Origin: Takakia lepidozioides
Taxonomy: Eukaryota > Plantae > Bryophyta
Length of the DNA stretch: 64,000 nt
Assembly (NCBI GenBank): GCA_030704615.1
Contig: CM060731.1
Location: 43,648,001-43,712,000 of the forward strand
Direction of reading: 5' to 3'
Made by a program: the position numbers and the translations under genes. Below the pieces are notes generated by a model. It was not told the origin of the DNA and did no database searches. It saw only the letters and a list, made by a program, of their open reading frames with translations. Below, piece by piece: positions 11,447 through 24,149 of this stretch (position 1 is the stretch's first letter; each line of letters starts with the position of its first letter).

Positions 11447-14280
11447 TCAAAACCAGGAGAAAGACATGATCCATGAGACCTCCATATGTTGGCTTACCTG
11501 AAGTCCTTCAGCCGGTGTACAACCTCTTCCTGGTCCTGGAATCTTGGGGCATGGGTGGGTAATTTCCCGAGTAGCCATGCCTCTCCAAAAAGTCTTTGTA
11601 GCGCGCAAGTGACTTTCCATTCCCATCATCAACAGCAGTCATAACTGGCTCCCCAACAGGGTACTGAAGACCCCCCTCCATCATGGCAGTGAGGTCCAAA
11701 ATCTTTCCTTTTGTAGCTCTCACCAAGGCAAGAAGGTGTTGCTGGAGAAATCTGTTGTCATCCATCAGTTCAAGAATAGTTTGCCACTCTGTGGAGATAA
11801 GGGCAGGTAGACTGGGCAGTGGACTTCGACCAGCGGATGTTCTCTAAGCCATTGAAGGGGAGGTCAGACCTGGGGGAGTTTGTGAAGATGATAGGATGGA
11901 AGAAGGGGAGTCATGACCAGTCATCAAGTTGTTCAGGCCACCTTTACATGTCCCCATGAGGGAACCGCAGAACTTTGCAATCAGCCCATCCTCCACTTGG
12001 GGGTGCAACATCTTCAGAACCTTCACCTGGTGTGCGCACATATTTTCTTTCTGGGCCCAATGACAATCACAACATGCCCATTTAGAATCCAGATTGTGGA
12101 TAGTATATGTCATACCCAAATGGCGGTGGCATTCAACTGTTGCAATGCCTCCGGGTGTATGAGGCAGATGCACATTGGCATTTGGAATGTCCTTGGCAAG
12201 CAAAATTGAAGTGCAAACAAATCCCTCCTGCCGCTTGTTTCGGATGAACCCATATGCCTTTGCATGTGACATGTACCAGTAATGGGTTAGCACATCACCT
12301 GTCAGTTCAGAGATGAGCCAATCCACCCGCCTACTACCGAGGACGCTTTTGGTGCTCTTCAATTACGCTTTCAGGTTCCCATGGTATGCTTCTATGGCAG
12401 CATTAGTGTCTTGAGAGGCATGAGGTATATTGCGGGATCCTTTCATCCACATTTTGGCTTTTGGAAGCCACTCTGTCTCCATGTAGGTGCAGAATTCTGT
12501 CTCAGAAGGGTACTTCTCCCGCAGGTCCAGAATTTTGAATACGGCCCATGCTTCACCTGCATCCCCAGAGGTCTCCTTTCTATCGTACATGATCTGTGCC
12601 AGGTCTTGTAAGATAGCCGCTCGCAATACTGGGTCTTTCACCTTTGCAACTGCATTCTTCTGCCAGGCTCGGCAAACATGCCACAAGCACAAGAAAACAG
12701 CACAATCCCCCCAAACAGATCTGTTATCTTATCAGGTAGGTAAACTGAAATTCATGTGTAACCAAGACATCATGGTAGGCATATTGCCTGAGTTCATGGA
12801 TGTACCTAATGGCAGCAATTTCAGCATCAGCGTCATCCACAATAAATGCATTGGGACGCCAGTCTACTTGCCGACTTGTCATTTGTTTGTTTAGTGCCTC
12901 CATCCAAGGCGTCAGATCGATGGTTTTGCACCTTGCAGTGATAATGTAAGCCACTGGAATACCATTCAGCCAGTCGTCGAATACCATCATGGTATATAAT
13001 GGGTACTGCAACAACAATCATGTGTAACTGAAGTGACTTGAAAGGAAATGGTTGCAAAACAGAGTACTTCACACGAAGAACGTAATTTGTCATGCTTTCA
13101 AGAAATTCGGGTTGACAATCTGACGAACCTTCTTTTCATTCGTTCCAAAGGTTGCATCACAAGCAACTATGCGACGATGGCCGTGTTTGAGCATCTATTT
13201 TCTCTGCCAATCAGTTTGTATGCCAAGCACAAATGGATCAAGTTTTCTGTCATTCAACGTCCAAGCAAGGTGATTAGACTCTTCCTGGTAGTAGAAAACG
13301 CTTCCTGCGTTTTCATGCACCCACATTCGGACACTTTGTGCATCATTGGAATGCTTTTTGAATGTTTCTTCATCGCACTTGTTGGCAATATTTCGGATGT
13401 CATTTGAAAGAAGGAAGGTGTCACGAGTAACCTCGAACCCCCCATCCATGATTTCCCTCACCCTCTGCGTGTGCTTGGCCATTATCTTGTTGATGCTTAG
13501 TCCGAGACGGAGGTTGTGTAACACCCATGATTTCATCTCATCATAATAGACCAGCTCTGCAATATCAGGGTCCACATAGCATTGCTTCACTACAAACCTG
13601 CACATGCATCCCCTCTTGATGCCTTCCCCCGATTTTGTTTGTGTGGTCCTCATGTGTTTTGGCTTTGCTTCAGTGGAAGCGGCCGTGGCTCTTGGCTTCC
13701 TCCCCTTCTTCTTTGACCTTCACTCGGCGTTTCTTGTGTGCCATTGCAAGGGTAACCTCCAAGAGGGAACTAGTTCTGTCCTGTGGACCATATGAGCAGT
13801 GATACCTACAATAACAAAAAAAACAATCCGTTACTATGATACCAAGGGGATTCAGGCACTCGGACATTCATGGAAATCATTCAGCAGCCCTTGCAACACA
13901 TGACCTGCAGCCCAATGTACCTTGTTGTAGTCCTGGCACTGTTGCTGCGAGGAGCTAAGAGAGACCCCTCCGGATGGCATCTTTGCTGATGCCTGCTGAA
14001 AGTGCATGGGCCATCTGAACGGGAAGACTCCCCTGTAATGAAATCAGCAACTCGATTCCAGGGAATGTAGGTGACTTCGACAAAGTTTTGGCTAGGAGGC
14101 TTGCATGCCATTTGAAACGCCACTGCAGTACACGATGGTTAAAAGCACCTACACTGGGCATTTGAACTTGGTTTCGAAGCAGCAAAACAAGATGGGATGC
14201 AATGTTTTCTTCATTCTCGGCAACAGACATATCGTGGCGCAATTTAGGGACCTGAGGCACGACTGGTACTGGCTGCACGT
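11447..14280 (-). pseudogene. Mutator-like (MULE) DDE transposase with C-terminal SWIM finger, spliced, inactivated
   Basis: IPWNRVADFITGE; YHCSYGPQD; KRGCMCRFVVK; PFVLGIQTDWQ; catalytic D in CDATFGTN, D in FIVDDADAE, CLWH motif, E in TNAAIEAYHGNLK; SWIM CDCHWAQKENMCAHQ. In-frame stops at about 13195 and 12363, and an apparent deletion after ELVYY. Confidence 0.88.
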
Positions 14281-14605
14281 TGTGCTTTCGTGGTCAAAAC
14301 AGGGTGAGAGGACCATGAAAGGAAGGTGACGATTGGAGGGTGCCTCTCATTACACATACTTCCTGGTCTCATCCATCCGTACCTACATACATCCATCCTA
14401 AATCCTAGAAGTAGACCCAATCCATAAAATAATACTAAATTTCAAATTTGAATTTTGAAATTTGAACATGTACAACCTTGTGTATACATGCATATGTGAG
14501 GGCTTCACGCCTATGGTCATCATGTGACTTTCGTGATGGTCATCATGTTACTTTCGTGACCATCATGTATGTGTCATCTGCCATGTATGGATCCATGTTT
14601 TCGAC

Positions 14606-14893
14606 TCACGATGTGTCCCGCGCTCGATGTTGGATTGTGGTGACAGGTGTCATGTGCCACAGAGTTCTTGTGGTGTGGTGACGGCCGGCGGGCGGGGGGC
14701 GGGCGGGGGGATGGGGGTTTGGGGGGCGGGGGGCGTGAGGGGTGGGCTGGGGGGGGGGCGAGGGGGCGTCGGGGCGCAGCGACGCGAGCCGCGCAGGAGC
14801 CGGCGAAGGGGGTGCGGCTGGGTGGCGGGGGTGCCACGCAGGACCAGGACGAAGGGGTCGCATTAAACTCCCGGGCCTTTTCTAATGTGCGCC
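14606..14893. repeat. MULE terminal repeat copy A (G-rich, ends ...ctaatgtgcgcc)
   Basis: Homologous to 39121-39376 in the same orientation. The last ~43 bp (gaaggggtcgcattaaactcccgggccttttctaatgtgcgcc) are identical and similarity stops abruptly there. Confidence 0.85.
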
Positions 14894-17417
14894 TGTCTGG
14901 AGCAGTGCCGCCTGCTCTTACTAACTACTAGAACCTGTGTTTGTGCAGCGATCACCAAACCACCATCAACGGGGCTCGCAAAAATGAAAAATGAAACATG
15001 AGCTCGCAAGCCGGTTGACGACAGACAACCGTGTGGAGCTGAAGAAAAGTAAGCAGTACAACAGGCAGCTATTTGACAAGGTTGTGGCAGCCTCACTACT
15101 TCCATTCCCCGCAGCCTGTGTGGGTCCTTTGGAGGATCAACCACGTAATCTAGTTCGCCTCTCTAACACACTGCGCGCACAAGGTGTTCCACTCCAGCAA
15201 CAATTGTACAAGGGAGTCTTGAGAGAAAGAACTTCACCGTTGGGCCGAGGAATGCTGCAACAGATGAGCTTGCTGCTCCAGATGACTGCTTGGGTCGAAA
15301 TTATTTTCGTCTTCAATGCTAATAATGAGTGCAGGGTACCTAGTGACTCACGAAAGAGGGTCTACTTGCATCAATTCATCTGGGTTAATGTCATATGATT
15401 CACGTAGCCTACAGGATGTGTAAATGTGATTTGATGCCGCTTGTGATTTGCTGTTGTAAGTTCAATGTAACAAAAGGAAGTTGCTTCACAGTCTTCAAAT
15501 CAGCCAATCAACTGCAAGGTATGGAGAGATTTCATAAACTGATATCTCTTCATAAGACAATGCATCATCAGGCCTTCCTTTTCTCAACATGTTCAAACAT
15601 ACTACAACTAAAGACCTCGAAGACTGTTGAGAGAGAGGTTCTGGGGCAGGACAAAGAGGGCACGAAGCACTTGGATCACCACCAGGGATGCCCACAGAAG
15701 AGTAGACTATTGACTGCCGCCACTTGTTCAAGACGTTTTAGTCCAATTAGTTTCAGTCCAAAGACGTCCAGGAGAGGCCCGCACCTTCAACTCTGACAAT
15801 TTCATGGCCAACTTGCAAGGAGATGAACCAAAGTTCACTGTAGATCGATCATCCATGTTTTCCTAGGCACAAACACCAAAACTGCTTATATTGAGCTTCA
15901 GTGTGTGAATCCTTGACCAACAGGGAGGGGCCAGCACTTCACCGATTCTACACAAAACCAATCAAAGCTTACTTGCATTCTTGTGATTTAATGTGAGGTT
16001 CAAACCTCCCTGGATCTTCAGTGAATTTTCCTTGGAATGCGGAACTTGGAGGCCACGTCCTGAGGATGGGAAGAAGTCCGCGAGGGGCAGCAATGTGAGC
16101 AGATGTCCTGTTCAGATCTACTATTATTGCCTCCAACAGTCCACCCAATTTTTCCTCCAATCCCGATTGCATGTAGGCTAGCATGAAATCTTTCCCTGAT
16201 ATCGACATCCCGTCCCCAAGCTTCACTAACCGCAAGCCCAGGGAGCTGAAATCCTGCCCATCCTGCTTTTCTGTAGTTCTCTAATATGCTGGTCTGTGCC
16301 CACGTAAGCAATGGTGAATCCGTTTTTTAGCAACCTGTAGGATGGGAACATAGCTTAGGATCCAGGAACCCGGACACGGCAGCATGAGAAGCAAATCCTC
16401 ATCCAAGTGCCCAACCAGATCAGATGCCATGTAGGGAATTCCAAAAAGGCCTTGATGTGAAATGCAGCGCAATTCACTTGATCAGATGCCAATTCAATTG
16501 AATTGCGATGCCAATTCAATTGATCTAACCCTAATTTGCAATTCAATTGAATTGTAATCTATAATTTTTAACGCAGTTTTGTATATAATATATATAATAT
16601 ATTATCATGTATATGTATCGTATACACATATACATACAAGAGTATAAGCTGAATATACTTGTTGGCCCGTCTATTCCTGCTGCCCGTCCATCCTTTGCTT
16701 GTGGTAAGGCCTAAGTCACGACATGAGTCGCGTAGCCTAAAGGAGAGATATATAGAGAGAGGAGAGCGAGAGCGAGGGAAAGGGAGAGAGAAATGAAGTG
16801 ATGAAGGGTTTTTAGGGCAGAGGTGCCCTAAAAGTGAAAGGATCAAATCAGTTGGAGGACGAGAAGTAACGAGAGAAGAATGCAAACAAGTTTAGGGTTG
16901 AGCGGTGGTGGAGCGGTGGTGGCGCTATGTATGATGGAAGCCTTCTTGGATCACCAAATGACAAGATCTGCCCATGAGTAAGCACATTCCCATATTGGCA
17001 TGAGTTCCCCCAATCATTGATAAAGATATCATTTTAGCTAAAGCTGTAGTTCTTGTGTACGTGCAGGTGACTCATGAGTTTTGAGGAGAGAACTTTAGGG
17101 GTAGTAGAGTGGGTTACCAAACGCTCCTCAACACACACACTGAAAGAAAGAGCTTGATCACATGGTTTGTCTTCAACCTGCCCACACTGTGTACTGTGGT
17201 TTGCTAATACATTTTAGGATAGAGTAGTTGTTGTTTCAAAGTACATTTGGTTCATCTACTTGATAGCCTATGTGAACTTTAGTGACGTAAGTCCTATGGG
17301 GAATGTGTGAGTGGATGCAGTGACTATAGAATTAACAGCAAATAATTACAACAAGGGCAAGGTCGAAGGCATTGGCACTGGGGCTATTAAAGCAGAGATA
17401 AGACAGATCATGTGAGC

Positions 17418-18967
17418 ATGGAAAACAACCATTTGGATGGTGACAAAGTAGTGGATGATTTAGTACTTTATGTGGAAGCAATGTTGAATGAGGGTGCCAC
17501 AATGAAATCAATCGCCACTGCCCTTTCTTTTGATGATGTACGACCATTGAGAAGATTGCTATCAGAAGTCCAAGGGTCTCCTTTCAAAGTTCATCATCAA
17601 TTGAGTGTCCAACGCTTGTGTGAAAAGATTCAAGAGTTACTTCCTATTGAAGAGAATGGGACAAATTGGCGAATGAGAACAGTGCAATCTGCCTTAAGGA
17701 GGTCAAATTGGCTGATTCCTCGAAGGAAGGTGGGGGAAGCTTTGAAAATCATCTCACCCTACCATTATGAGCGTAGGAGAAGGGCACAGGCAATTCGGAG
17801 GACTCAGTATAATGTGACAATGCCTATGGCTCTATGGCACATTGACTGTAAGTATTTTATCTCATGCATCTTAAATGTTCTTTGAAGATGCACATGCAAG
17901 ACGTTTTCTTGCATTACATATCGCAAAAATTGTAGGCAAACTAAAACATGTGTGCAATTCGTGGTGCAGCTTATGACAAATTGGTTATGTTTGGACTTCG
18001 AGTACATGCTGGCATTGATGGGGCCTCTCATTTTGTTTTATGGGCGAACTTTGCAAGAAACAAGAAAGAAAAAACCATTTTCAAATGATATCACGATGCA
18101 GTTTCCAAGTTTGGAGCACCTTTACGAATTCGATCTGATTTTGCAGTAGAAAACAACACATTGAAGCCACACGTTCTGAAACACCCAATCCGTACTTGAC
18201 TGGGTCTTCTACACACAATCAGGTTAGTATTCTATACAATTCTATCTTGCATATCAACTTTACGTTTCTGTCATATTTTTGGTTCATCTTTATTAATCAT
18301 TGAGTGTGTAATGTTGTGCATATTCCTAATACTTTGTGTGGTGTAATCACCACGTTAGAGGATTGAACACTTTTGGCGGCATCTATGGGAGAAGGTAATG
18401 TTCTACTACAAAAATTGCTTCCAAGCAATGGTCAATGATGGATTATTGGATATGGACGATCCGTGGCAACGAGAATCTTTTATTGACATATATATGCCCA
18501 TACTACAAGAAGCTGTTGATGAATACGTGAAGATTTCGAATGGACATCGAGTTCGCACGATTAATGAAAACGGTCGATATCGTCGATCACATGTTCCTGC
18601 TCGTTTCTTTCGTGAGTATGAACGTTTGCATGGGTAAGCTCATGGTTTTCTCTTGTTTGTACTTTCATTGTTAAGCTACAATTTACATTGGAATGTTATT
18701 CTAATGTGGTGATGTGTTTGATCATGTAGATGGACCAGCCACCTTATTGATGACCCACGATTCAGGGAAGACCCCCGACACATTGGTAACCAAGACTTGG
18801 GGCCTCGTGGGAATCAAAGGTGGCGATGTGCAGGTGGTTTGCATGACCTTCCTACCAAAGGAGCTGAACTCATTCCTGACATGGTTCGTGTCCGTGCACA
18901 AGCTTATGAAATTGAAAGGTTGGGAAGGATTCGATCTCTTGTTTTCATCTCCACTACTACATGTCTC
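17418..18967 (+). pseudogene. IS3EU-like integrase-core transposase, 4 exons, one nonsense codon and a small lesion
   Basis: Exons ~17418-17847, 17970-18222, 18359-18633, ~18730-18967. Translation: ...IRRTQYNVTMPMALWHID|SYDKLVMFGLRVHAGIDGASHFVLW...FGAPLRIRSDFAVEN...LTGSSTHNQ|RIEHFWRHLW...GLLDMDD...NGHRVR. D-D-E = WHID, RSD, RIE. Premature TGA at 18086-18088. Confidence 0.85.
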
Positions 18968-19437
18968 GGTATGTGGTTTGGCAACGCATGAACATAGATA
19001 TTTTGATCAATTGGACCTCATTGGTAATACCGTGTTAAGTAGGGAAGCTCTCCAACTTTTAATTACACAAACTCTGTATGTAATTGTGATTAACTGAATA
19101 AGTGGGACAATCACATTCAAAGATAATTATTTTATGTCATGTACTTTGAGGATTTCTGTTAAATAAATGTCATCATCATATCCATTGTCCATATTGAACC
19201 ATACACCCTAAACATCAAACCATACTACTTGGGGGCAGGGCCTGGGTTGTACGATCTTTGGAGGGTTGTGAAATTGTTGGGTTTCATTGGGAAGTGCACA
19301 GCGTGAGGCTCATGAGGCCGCCTTTTATCTCCAACAATCTTTGTCTGCCCCACATATGAGACAATGATGACCAACTTGCCTCATTTTCAAGAACCCTCTA
19401 TTCATAATCTAAGAATTTTGCATACAGTAATAAAAAT

Positions 19438-19577
19438 CCTAAGTCAGACAAGATGGAGAGATTGAAGTAGAACCTTGATGTCTTTGACTTTGAGTTGACC
19501 GATGATGATATCAAGCCCTTGACAAAAGCCTGCGCACCAACGACCCTGAGAAATTTTTGTGTATCAATCTCTTCTGA
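19438..19577 (+). pseudogene. Captured C-terminal exon fragment of an aldo-keto reductase (sorbitol-/mannose-6-phosphate reductase type)
   Basis: PKSDKMERLK*NLDVFDFELTDDDIK-(frameshift)-LDKSLRTNDPEKFLCINLF* matches the AKR IPKS...RLKEN..VFDFEL motif and the RTN.P.KFWGI.L tail of plant S6PDH/M6PR-like enzymes. Confidence 0.78.
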
Positions 19578-20259
19578 GGATGAGTTTGACTGGTGGGTGT
19601 TGCTTACAATCTAAATATGTTAGCATGTTTCATCTGCACCTTGAGACACTAACCAATTTCATACTGCCAAGCCCTTATAGTGCCAATATATGGCTATGTA
19701 CATATACCAAACATGATACCACTGTAAGAGTATCAACGTCTAAGAGTTGATATATTAAACTCTCTATCGAAACACACAGCCCAATTGCAACATGATACCT
19801 TTGTAAGGGTATCGAAACAAGATTATTGAGATAATTCTCGAAATGAACATGTCTTTTGTTTTCTCTGGGGTTGTGTCATGGGGGCCAGATACTAGTGCCA
19901 GGGGAGTACATGATGATGAAGGGGAAGCCATTCATCAATTGTGAGGTTTGAAATTGTCTGTTTCTTTCAGAGCTAGCCATATTTTTTGCCAGTGAATCAG
20001 AGGAAGCTGAAGCACTTCTGAGTAAGCCATCTGTCTCCCAAAGGGTCCCCCAAAAAATGAGATGGAGCTAGCCTGGCATGCACATCAAACCCATTTAGCT
20101 CACAAGCAGTTTAAGGAGGTTTGCATAAACATTTGGCCAAGGTTTGAGGGCTTTGCCTATTCCAACAACAGTATTTACCAAAGCACATAACGTGCTTGTA
20201 ATAACACTCGGGCTGCATGTGGGGTTCATGGGATGCTGAATGGAAGTTGAGGAATTTGA

Positions 20260-20394
20260 AAGGCTGGAGTGGGAATCGAGAGCATGAATGCTGAGTTCTG
20301 CAATAGTGATGAGATTATGGTTGTAGTGCAACGTTGTAGTGGGTTTGTTATTGGCAGCCCAACACTTGCAAGCCACATGCCCACTCCTATGAAG
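20260..20394 (+). pseudogene. Captured fragment of a flavodiiron protein (FLVA/Flv1-like flavodoxin domain)
   Basis: KAGVGIESMNAEFCNSDEIMVVVQRCSGFVIGSPTLASHMPTPMK followed by a GT donor at 20395. It resembles the Flv motif TKAGVAVESINCE...GFIIGSPTLGGHAPT. Confidence 0.8.
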
Positions 20395-20576
20395 GTGTGA
20401 CTGGTGATCTAGTGACCAGTCACTTAGTCAAACCAGCGATACGCAGGCAGTGGGTAGAGTGGTGGATGAGCAACACATGGAGAGGTGTGCACATGGAAGA
20501 TCAATGTCAAGTCCATATCAGCCCTATGCCAAGTTATATTGCTTCCCCTTGTGTTCAATACCTCTACAGAGCGTGA

Positions 20577-22277
20577 CTACAAACGTTGAAGGGCCAAGCA
20601 GAAATTCTTGTCATTACCACCATGGTGGTTTGAGTTTATTTCACTGTATAACTTGTCCCAGTATAATTTTTTCTGAGACCTAACAAGCTGATTGATATCT
20701 TTATGGAGCTGGTAGTACCTCGCCCACAATTCTCTGTTGGTTTCCAAATTGCAGCACTGTTTATAGAGGGCTCCTCTCTCAGCTATCTTGAGTTTAATCT
20801 CATTAGTCCACCAACTAACTGCTCTACCGCAGACAATTAGTTTCCTCCCAATGATCTTGTCATCCACGGAGGAAACGAAACTCTCCCAAGAGTCCACTGC
20901 TCTTTCGACTTCATTTATTGCGTTAACAGAGCGTGACTGAAGTTCTTGGAGCGATTGGACAAAATGAGGGAGAGCCTCTTGCAAGGCCTAGACGTACTCA
21001 GCCTTAACCTCCTCATTGTGGAATTTTTCTATGCGCCACTTCCGAATCGAACGTTTCACAGATCTCTTGGTGGTAGGAAAACACCTTTTGATGTCAGTCC
21101 AAACCAGCAAGTGGTCAGAGGTACCAATATCAGTTCTGTCGATCAACACATCGGCACACTGGGGGAACAAAATTTTGTCCATTATGATATAGTCCACAAT
21201 GGAACGTTCCCCAGTTTGGGGTTTCTCACGAGTCCACTGCACTTGGTCACCTCTTGTCCTATTATTCAAGGTCAAAAGCTGAAGCTTCTAGACAGTTAAT
21301 TAACCGTCTGCCATTAGAATTCAGCTCGTCCTCACCAAAAGGTCCAATGATATCGTCCTGATGGATCCCTTTGCCCACCCGGGCATTGAAGTCCCCCAAT
21401 AGTACCACCTGACCTTTGGCAAGGAACGAAGCACAGTCCAGCTTCAAAACTTGTGAGGCCTTGTCTGCATCAGCACACAGGGTCCCCTCTGTGGGCATGT
21501 AAACACAACGGACAAAGAGGTCCAGCAGAGAGTACTCATGCCGCCCTTCAAATTCAGTTTTAGCCAGATACTATGCTCGTACCTCAAACCCTTGTTGATA
21601 ATTTCACAATTGTCAAACAAGAAATCACGGACGAACTTATTTGAGATTGAATTGATGCGGGACTCTATTAGAAGCACTTTTGGTCATTGCAACCTTCAAC
21701 GTACCCCTGTTATCAAGTCTCGAGATGGTACCATTAACCATGAAATCCAAGCCTAAGGTAGAGCATGTAGTTTTAAAGGACACATCGTCCATCCTGGGAT
21801 TCACCCCAAAAACTACATATGAAGCCCTAGATTTGGCATAAGTAACCAATTCCCAGGGATCACCCTGAGGAGTGTTGATGTTGATAGGAGCTAAATTTTT
21901 GATTGTTTTCGCAGGCCATAAGTTGAAGCACAGGAACCAACCCGAGCCCAAGTGCCGAGTATGCTAGACAGAGCATACGACTGCCCAAATTTGGGCGGAG
22001 GGGCCCCCAAGCGGTAGGAGTCCGCTTGTTACCATTCAGAGATCACACTCCAGGGAGTTGCAGGGAATGGCCCGTGTAGGCATATTCTAAAGAGGGAAAG
22101 GCCCCAAGCTTTCCAACTAAATCCAATGCACTACCTTACCTGAAGCAAAACGCTTAAGGTCGAAACAAACAAGGACACGAGGTCAGAAGGCCGACATTTA
22201 GTGACAGAGACATTAATGTACTCCCGTTTCAAGTCCACCCAATGTCAATAGGCTTCCTAGAGGACAGGGAGAAACAC
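20577..22277 (-). mobile_element. Nested LINE 5' portion with AP-endonuclease domain (RTE/RTE-X-like), 3'-truncated, frameshifted
   Basis: VVLLGDFNARVG, GPFGEDELNSNGRRLINCL, ERSIVDYII, IGTSDHLLVW, AVSWWTNEIKLKIAER in ORFs 21262-21498, 20988-21275 and 20577-20984. Confidence 0.82.

Positions 22278-22278
<1 letters not shown>

Positions 22279-22321
<43 letters not shown>
22279..22321. repeat. Perfect (GA)n/(CT)n microsatellite at the 5' side of the nested LINE
   Basis: About 21 uninterrupted GA units. Confidence 0.95.
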
Positions 22322-22324
<3 letters not shown>

Positions 22325-22740
22325 GAAATGAAATAGGGTTGGTTGTTTGTTTCTCCCTTGGCACCTAAGGTGATATTAGTTGTCCTCCGCATACATATCC
22401 AGCACACCAGAAAAGAGAAGAAAGCTCTTTGAACTTACTTGAAGCATCTTGTATTTCCAAGGGTGCAGCATCCTTCATACTCAGGATGGACACGGTTGCC
22501 TTACCAAATGTGTCAGCTCTGCTGCTGCCTCTTCCTTGGCCTCTTCCTGTCCACCCAACCATGACACGTACCATGAAAAACTCACTTGACATTTCTATCC
22601 CACTCTTCTTATTGAGTAAACCAGAAACAATAGACAATCATGTAGCCAAGTGGTACGCGATGAACAACTGTAGAATCTAACAAGCGAGGACTGGGATAAA
22701 AACAGAGATAAGAATGCGTACGTTGCCAATCCCTCTGTAG

Positions 22741-22962
22741 GTATACTAAACAGGGCAACTACCTCATAACGATACCTCAACCTGCATATAGACTGATTTG
22801 ACCAGGTTTCTTTGTAAGTCAGGCGCTATACCTCTGGTGGTATACTAAACAGGGCTACTGTCTCATGACGATACCTCCGCATAAATATAGATTAATTTGG
22901 CCAACTTTTCTTTACCTCTCTAGATATATCAAACAGGGCTACAACCTAATGACAATACCTCT
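22741..22962. repeat. Three degenerate subterminal direct repeats inside the right end of the IS3EU element
   Basis: tatactaaacagggcaactacctcataacgatacctc (22742), tatactaaacagggctactgtctcatgacgatacctc (22841), tatatcaaacagggctacaacctaatgacaatacctc (22925). Confidence 0.75.
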
Positions 22963-23515
22963 ACTAATATATATGTGTAGTATATATCTCTCCTTTAGGC
23001 TACGCGACTCATGTCGTGACTTAGGCCTTACCACAAGCAAAGGATGGAGGGGCAGCAGGAATAGACGGGCCAGCATGTATATTCAGCTTATACTCTTGTA
23101 TGTATATGTGTATACGATACATATACATATACATATACATGATATTATATTATATATATTATATACAAAACTGCGTTAAAAATTATAGATTACAATTCAA
23201 TTGAATTGCAAATTAGGGTTAGTTCAATTGAATTGGCATCTGATCAAGTGAATTGCGCTGCATTTCACATCAAGGCCTTTTTGGAATTCCCTAGCCATGC
23301 TATCCTAGAAAGAAGCTAGCTGTTTATGTGAGGACTAATACTTATGTAATTGTTAATATGTATAGGATTCACTCGTCCAACTTGAAGACGCTACTAATCT
23401 AAAATGTGAGGCAATACATTTAATATACGTGGCGCCAGCTCAGTGCAGTGTCTTCATCATAGCGGTCATGCATCTTCATTCATATCTGCGTAAGGTAGAT
23501 CTGCAGCATCACATG

Positions 23516-23934
23516 GGCTTCTCATTTAACAGTAATAGGGTCATAATTCACGCACGTGTGGCTGCGGTGGGCCCCGCGTGTGACATAGGGGTAGCGTGAC
23601 ATAGGGGTAGCGGAGGGTGGGAGCGCCCTTACCCGGATCCGCCAATCTAATGCTGGGTTTGTTGGTTTGCTGGGCCTCACAAAACATATGAGCTAGTCTA
23701 CTGGCCCCACAATATACACATAAAGCATTAGTTATTGCATAGGTTTTTTTTATTAAATATAAAAGGGTCCAAACCGGTCTGTTGGAGGGTTCCAGTCTCA
23801 GGTCCGCCACTGTAGATGAACAAGGACTAGAATCTTGCCGACCCTGTGAATGGGGGGTGGGCTTATGAGCTCACCCCAAAGGGTGGCTGGGCCCGCCCTT
23901 GCATTCATGACCCTATTATTAAAAAATGAGAGCC
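23516..23934. mobile_element. MITE (~420 bp), probably Mutator-type
   Basis: Imperfect TIRs ggcttctcattt.....taatagggtcat / atgaccctatta.....aaatgagagcc. Flanking direct repeat atcacatg at 23508-23515 and 23935-23942, extendable to catcacatgg. Confidence 0.75.
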
Positions 23935-24149
23935 ATCACATGGCCGCCACCACCGTTTGCCTTAGTAACTATAGCTTCGTTATAGTTAGTGATGAGTGTC
24001 TGACGAAAACTATAAATGTACTCACCCGTCTGGTGTTCATGTCAGTCGATCAATGCAATTCTTTCACAGATTGCACCTAGCTCACTGAGGCCACAAACAT
24101 TGGAGGGCTGGAGCGAGAGAGAATCCTGGTGAAGTCGAGATTATTCAGA

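Larger units (their letters stand above)
16432..23293 (+). mobile_element. IS3EU-type DNA transposon (integrase-like DDE) with long TIRs, 6 bp TSD and captured host fragments
   Basis: TIRs at 16432-~16753 and ~22982-23293 (TAGGGAATTCCAAAAAGG...), near-identical apart from small indels. TSD GCCATG at 16426-16431 and 23294-23299. Contains a spliced transposase. Confidence 0.88.
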
